Positions 61,155 to 64,000 of a DNA stretch of 64,000 nucleotides are shown here, one piece after another. The stretch is from positions 28,648 to 92,647 of the forward strand of contig JBHLOI010000007.1 in assembly GCA_048940645.1 (NCBI GenBank), in the 5' to 3' direction. Under the pieces are notes generated by a model. The model made no database searches. It was not told where the DNA came from and was given only the letters and a program-made list of their open reading frames with translations. Position 1 is the stretch's first letter, and every line of letters begins with the position of its first letter. The stretch is from Promethearchaeota archaeon. Its GTDB lineage: Archaea > Asgardarchaeota > Lokiarchaeia > Sigyniarchaeales > SOKP01. The position numbers were made by a program, and so were the translations under genes.

Positions 61155-64000
61155 TCAGATTTTGTCTTGCTTCTTTCGCTTAATTAATAGATATAAAGCA
61201 AGTATTATTATTAAAACGAATAATAGTATAAATATAGCTGGTCCAGTAAAATTGAATAATGAGAGCGTAATAGATAATATTGCTGCTAGGAATGCAAATA
61301 TACTATAATTTTGGCTTGCAAAACTCCTTAGGCGCCTCCAGAACATATAAAATCTAAAATTCATCTTCTTCATAACCTCTAGTTCAGATTCATCTACTTT
61401 ATTTAATAAATCTGGATTTTCATAATACAATCCAATACGAGGATCGTATTTTCCTTTTAATTTCCCTGAACTAATTAAAGAAATTAAATGTTCTTGAATT
61501 TTTTGTTTCTTTATATTTAATTCGTTCTGTAAAAAGCTTATTGTCAAATATTGGTCTGCCACAGCTTTAATCGCCATTGAAACATATGATTTGATTATCA
61601 TCTCATCAAGAGATTTAACTTTCTCATACATTAAATCACGAAAACCTTTAATAAATAACTCAAAATCATCTAGTAAATACTTATTCTTGGTTTCGAAATT
61701 ATTTGACTTTCTTTCATATTCTCTAACTAAGTTTTTTATGTTTTTTGAAACCTCTCTAATTTCTGCCTGGATTTTCTTTTCTCTTTTTTGTACTTTTGCA
61801 TGAGCTCTTTTAAACTCTTTATATTCTATGTAGTCTTCAACTCTTGTCTGAAATGTTCCTAATAATTGACTTAAACGTATTTTTATTTTATTTATTTTGT
61901 CTAACAATTCATTTCGGTAGGTATCATCCTTTAATATACTAATATCTTCAGTAATTTTATCCAATTTAGCCTTGTAAAAAGCTCCAAATTCATTCTTTCT
62001 TGAGACATAAAATTCCCTTATTTCAGTTTCTAGCCGCTTGAAACTAGAATTTTTAGTTAGTGACCCTTTTAGTTTTTCATTAATCTTTTCCTCAATCCTT
62101 TTTACCTTAACATCAAATTTTGTTTTCTTAGATTCAAAATGTTCAATAGCTTTTACATAAGAACCAAAATTTTCAATATTTTCAAAAACTTTGATAAGAT
62201 TATTTACAAAATCTAATGTTAATACATTATATTCTTCTGAAATAAAAATCTGAAACTCATTAAAGAAATTTAAATTGGCTTTTATTTTTTGAATTGCCAT
62301 CTTTCCATTTGTTAATATATTTTCTAATTCTTTTTTAGTGTTAAGATTTTCTTCTCTCTCTTCAGTAATTTTAAGTTGGTTAACTTTATCTTCATATTGA
62401 ATTCTAATTTTTTTCTCTAAATCTGAATATTCTGTGATTCTATTCTGTAGTTCTAGTATATTGACTGCTAATTTTTTATTCCTAACTCCGGAATCATATA
62501 GTGCTAAAATCTTTCCAATTTTTTCTTGATGAAATTTTAAAAGTTTAGTATCAATATAGGTGTTTAATTCCTTGTTTTTGTAATAAGCATCATTATGAAC
62601 AACCATTAATTTCTTTTCTTCATTTAAATCACCCTCGATTTTAGAAAATTCTATCATTTCTTTAATGAGAGGTATTACTGCTTTACATTTTAAATTTAAT
62701 TTATTTGCAAGCTCTCTTATATCTACTTTATTTGTTTTTTTTTCTTTGGTCCATATCTCTATTTCACTAATGATAATTTGATTAACATAATTATCTTTTG
62801 AATTATTAATCTCAGTTGTAAGATAGTCATGAAATTTTTCCCATTGGATGATTGAAATAGAATTTTTATCAAAACTTTGTATTAATGTTTTTAAATCATT
62901 TAATTTTTTTAAAAAGATTTTATTCTTATCATCTAATTCTATGATTATTCTGTCAAAACCATCGATTACATCCTTGATTTTTATGCTTTTTGCTTCACCT
63001 AGTTTAGTTTTGTAAAATTTTAATCTAATCTTGAATCTTTGAATTTGTTCGGATATAAAATTATCAAAATCTTCAATTTTAGCTCTATTTCTCTCTTCCA
63101 ATACATCATCCTTCAGCGATTGAACTTGTTCTGCTACCAAGTTTATAATTGATTCTTCTATTACATCCAAATTTTCTTTTAAATATTGAAATAGAAGGAA
63201 CAGTTTTTGATTAGTTTTTGTTTGATCTGAGACGATTATTCTAAGCTCCTTTATTTCCTTTATTTTTTGACTTAATAAACTTTCAGAATCCTTTTTAATA
63301 ATCTCAAAAGCTTCTTTGAATTGATTTTGAGAAATTTTTTCATCCGCTTTTTGCTTTATATAAGATATTTCTTTTTTAATTTCATCATCAATCCCATCAA
63401 TTTTTTCGCTTGTTTGTTCGAAAAATTTAAATCCTTCAGCATAATAACTAAAAATTGACCCGAATTCTTCTTTTAAGTTAACCCAATTATCAATAATCTC
63501 CTTATGTTTTTTAAAAACTTTCTCTTCTTTTATCGTAATTTGTTGTGATATTTTATAAATCGTATGATCATACTTATCCACATAATTTGAGATTTTATTA
63601 AATTCCCCAATTATTAAATTGTAATTCTCGTTATTAAATCCAGATTCAAGCTTCTCTCTAAAATATTTTCTAAATGAATCTAATTCTTTTTTAATAAATT
63701 CCCCAACTTCAAAAATTCTATTTTCTAATTCATCTAAAATAGTATTAAATTTTTTTAATTCTTCTTTTTCGGAAATTTTTTCTTTTAAATATTTCTCAAC
63801 TTCATTTAGCTTCTTCTGCATTATAGAGTATGCTATTTTCCATTGATTAATTTCAGTTGCTAATACTGCTTGAATATTGATATATATCATATCTTGACTA
63901 AATGAATTTTCAATATTTTCATTTAGAAAATCAGCTTCCAATAATGCATTTTTCAAGATAAATCTCAATCGTTCTTTTGCATAGTCTATTTCGTCTAGAA
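61155..64000 (-). CDS. giant coiled-coil protein with two PCI-like winged-helix modules and C-terminal membrane anchor (5' end beyond the window)
   Basis: The frame stays open upstream of the TTG used by the track (in-frame LDEIDYAKER up to base 64000), so the N-terminus lies outside the window. More than 800 aa of heptad-rich Lys/Glu sequence. WH-like VDIRELANKLNLKCKAVIPLIKEMIEFSKIEGDL and ISFLQNELNIKKQKIQEHLISLISSGKLKGKYDPRIGLYY. Terminal TMs (IFAFLAAILSITLSLF, AIFILLFVLIIILALYLLI). Confidence 0.5.
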   Translation of the reverse strand, partial: LDEIDYAKERLRFILKNALLEADFLNENIENSFSQDMIYINIQAVLATEINQWKIAYSIMQKKLNEVEKYLKEKISEKEELKKFNTILDELENRIFEVGEFIKKELDSFRKYFREKLESGFNNENYNLIIGEFNKISNYVDKYDHTIYKISQQITIKEEKVFKKHKEIIDNWVNLKEEFGSIFSYYAEGFKFFEQTSEKIDGIDDEIKKEISYIKQKADEKISQNQFKEAFEIIKKDSESLLSQKIKEIKELRIIVSDQTKTNQKLFLLFQYLKENLDVIEESIINLVAEQVQSLKDDVLEERNRAKIEDFDNFISEQIQRFKIRLKFYKTKLGEAKSIKIKDVIDGFDRIIIELDDKNKIFLKKLNDLKTLIQSFDKNSISIIQWEKFHDYLTTEINNSKDNYVNQIIISEIEIWTKEKKTNKVDIRELANKLNLKCKAVIPLIKEMIEFSKIEGDLNEEKKLMVVHNDAYYKNKELNTYIDTKLLKFHQEKIGKILALYDSGVRNKKLAVNILELQNRITEYSDLEKKIRIQYEDKVNQLKITEEREENLNTKKELENILTNGKMAIQKIKANLNFFNEFQIFISEEYNVLTLDFVNNLIKVFENIENFGSYVKAIEHFESKKTKFDVKVKRIEEKINEKLKGSLTKNSSFKRLETEIREFYVSRKNEFGAFYKAKLDKITEDISILKDDTYRNELLDKINKIKIRLSQLLGTFQTRVEDYIEYKEFKRAHAKVQKREKKIQAEIREVSKNIKNLVREYERKSNNFETKNKYLLDDFELFIKGFRDLMYEKVKSLDEMIIKSYVSMAIKAVADQYLTISFLQNELNIKKQKIQEHLISLISSGKLKGKYDPRIGLYYENPDLLNKVDESELEVMKKMNFRFYMFWRRLRSFASQNYSIFAFLAAILSITLSLFNFTGPAIFILLFVLIIILALYLLIKRKKQDKI

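Noticed and set aside
1680-61803. The supplied track lists 37 ORFs of 60-140 aa lying inside larger genes, antisense or in an alternative frame. Examples: 1680-1865, 4067-4402, 6230-6472, 8841-9131, 10251-10478, 11459-11653, 11888-12085, 12680-12946, 15669-15854, 16053-16271, 17188-17370, 17873-18151, 18341-18535, 19210-19404, 23753-24126, 26317-26508, 30962-31144, 34522-34728, 35548-35733, 36089-36301, 39082-39297, 40010-40207, 40721-40933, 41186-41446, 42146-42463, 43301-43495, 45792-46290, 46640-46843, 47123-47545, 49805-50005, 51661-51882, 54061-54291, 59057-59269, 61591-61803.
   Set aside because: Each overlaps a longer ORF with a clear domain assignment or better coding character. Their translations are low-complexity (Ile/Phe/Ser/Lys-rich), as expected for shadow frames in AT-rich DNA.
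1-64000. Searched by eye for CRISPR arrays, transposase, integrase or recombinase genes, terminal inverted repeats, rRNA, and toxin-antitoxin or known defence genes.
   Set aside because: None found. There are no regularly spaced direct repeats. The only sizeable repeats are intragenic (19059-19973). No ORF has DDE, tyrosine- or serine-recombinase, Cas or restriction-modification signatures.

Overview
This window is a visibly AT-rich archaeal chromosomal segment with about 70 tightly packed genes on both strands. It uses the standard genetic code, has GGAGG/GGTGA-like ribosome-binding sites, and shows oligo-T tracts after genes.

**Archaeal core genes.** ThrRS with the archaeal N-terminal editing domain, O-phosphoseryl-tRNA synthetase (SepRS), archaeal GluRS, RibL plus an HTH-fused CTP-type riboflavin kinase, SRP19, ribosomal protein eS8, proteasome beta subunit, an HMf-type histone and HypA. 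There are also two GC-rich tRNA genes, both apparently interrupted by non-canonical introns.

**Eukaryote-like proteins.**
- a Rab/Ras-like small GTPase
- a longin-like domain fused to a winged helix
- a Roadblock/LC7 protein co-transcribed with a START-like SRPBCC protein
- a JAMM/MPN+ protease
- a cadherin-like surface protein
- a tail-anchored coiled-coil protein of more than 940 aa with PCI-like winged helices
- a 413-aa helical protein whose motif order and spacing resemble the Bro1/ALIX domain

Together with the base composition, these suggest an Asgard (Lokiarchaeia-like) genome. This is an inference and is not verified.

**Other content.** The rest is ordinary metabolism and transport: HAD phosphatases, M24 peptidases, SDR/Gfo/ALDH oxidoreductases, NDP-sugar transferases, an amidase, a B12-radical SAM enzyme, an MFS transporter, and an ABC-2 exporter with two XRE regulators.

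**Not seen.** I found no transposase, integrase, CRISPR array, rRNA or recognisable defence system.

**Best candidates for something undescribed.** These are the Bro1-like protein (1895-3136), the golgin-like tail-anchored coiled-coil/winged-helix protein (61155 to the window edge), the scattered longin, Roadblock and GTPase modules, and the doubly interrupted tRNA-Arg. All domain calls come from reading the translations, not from database searches.
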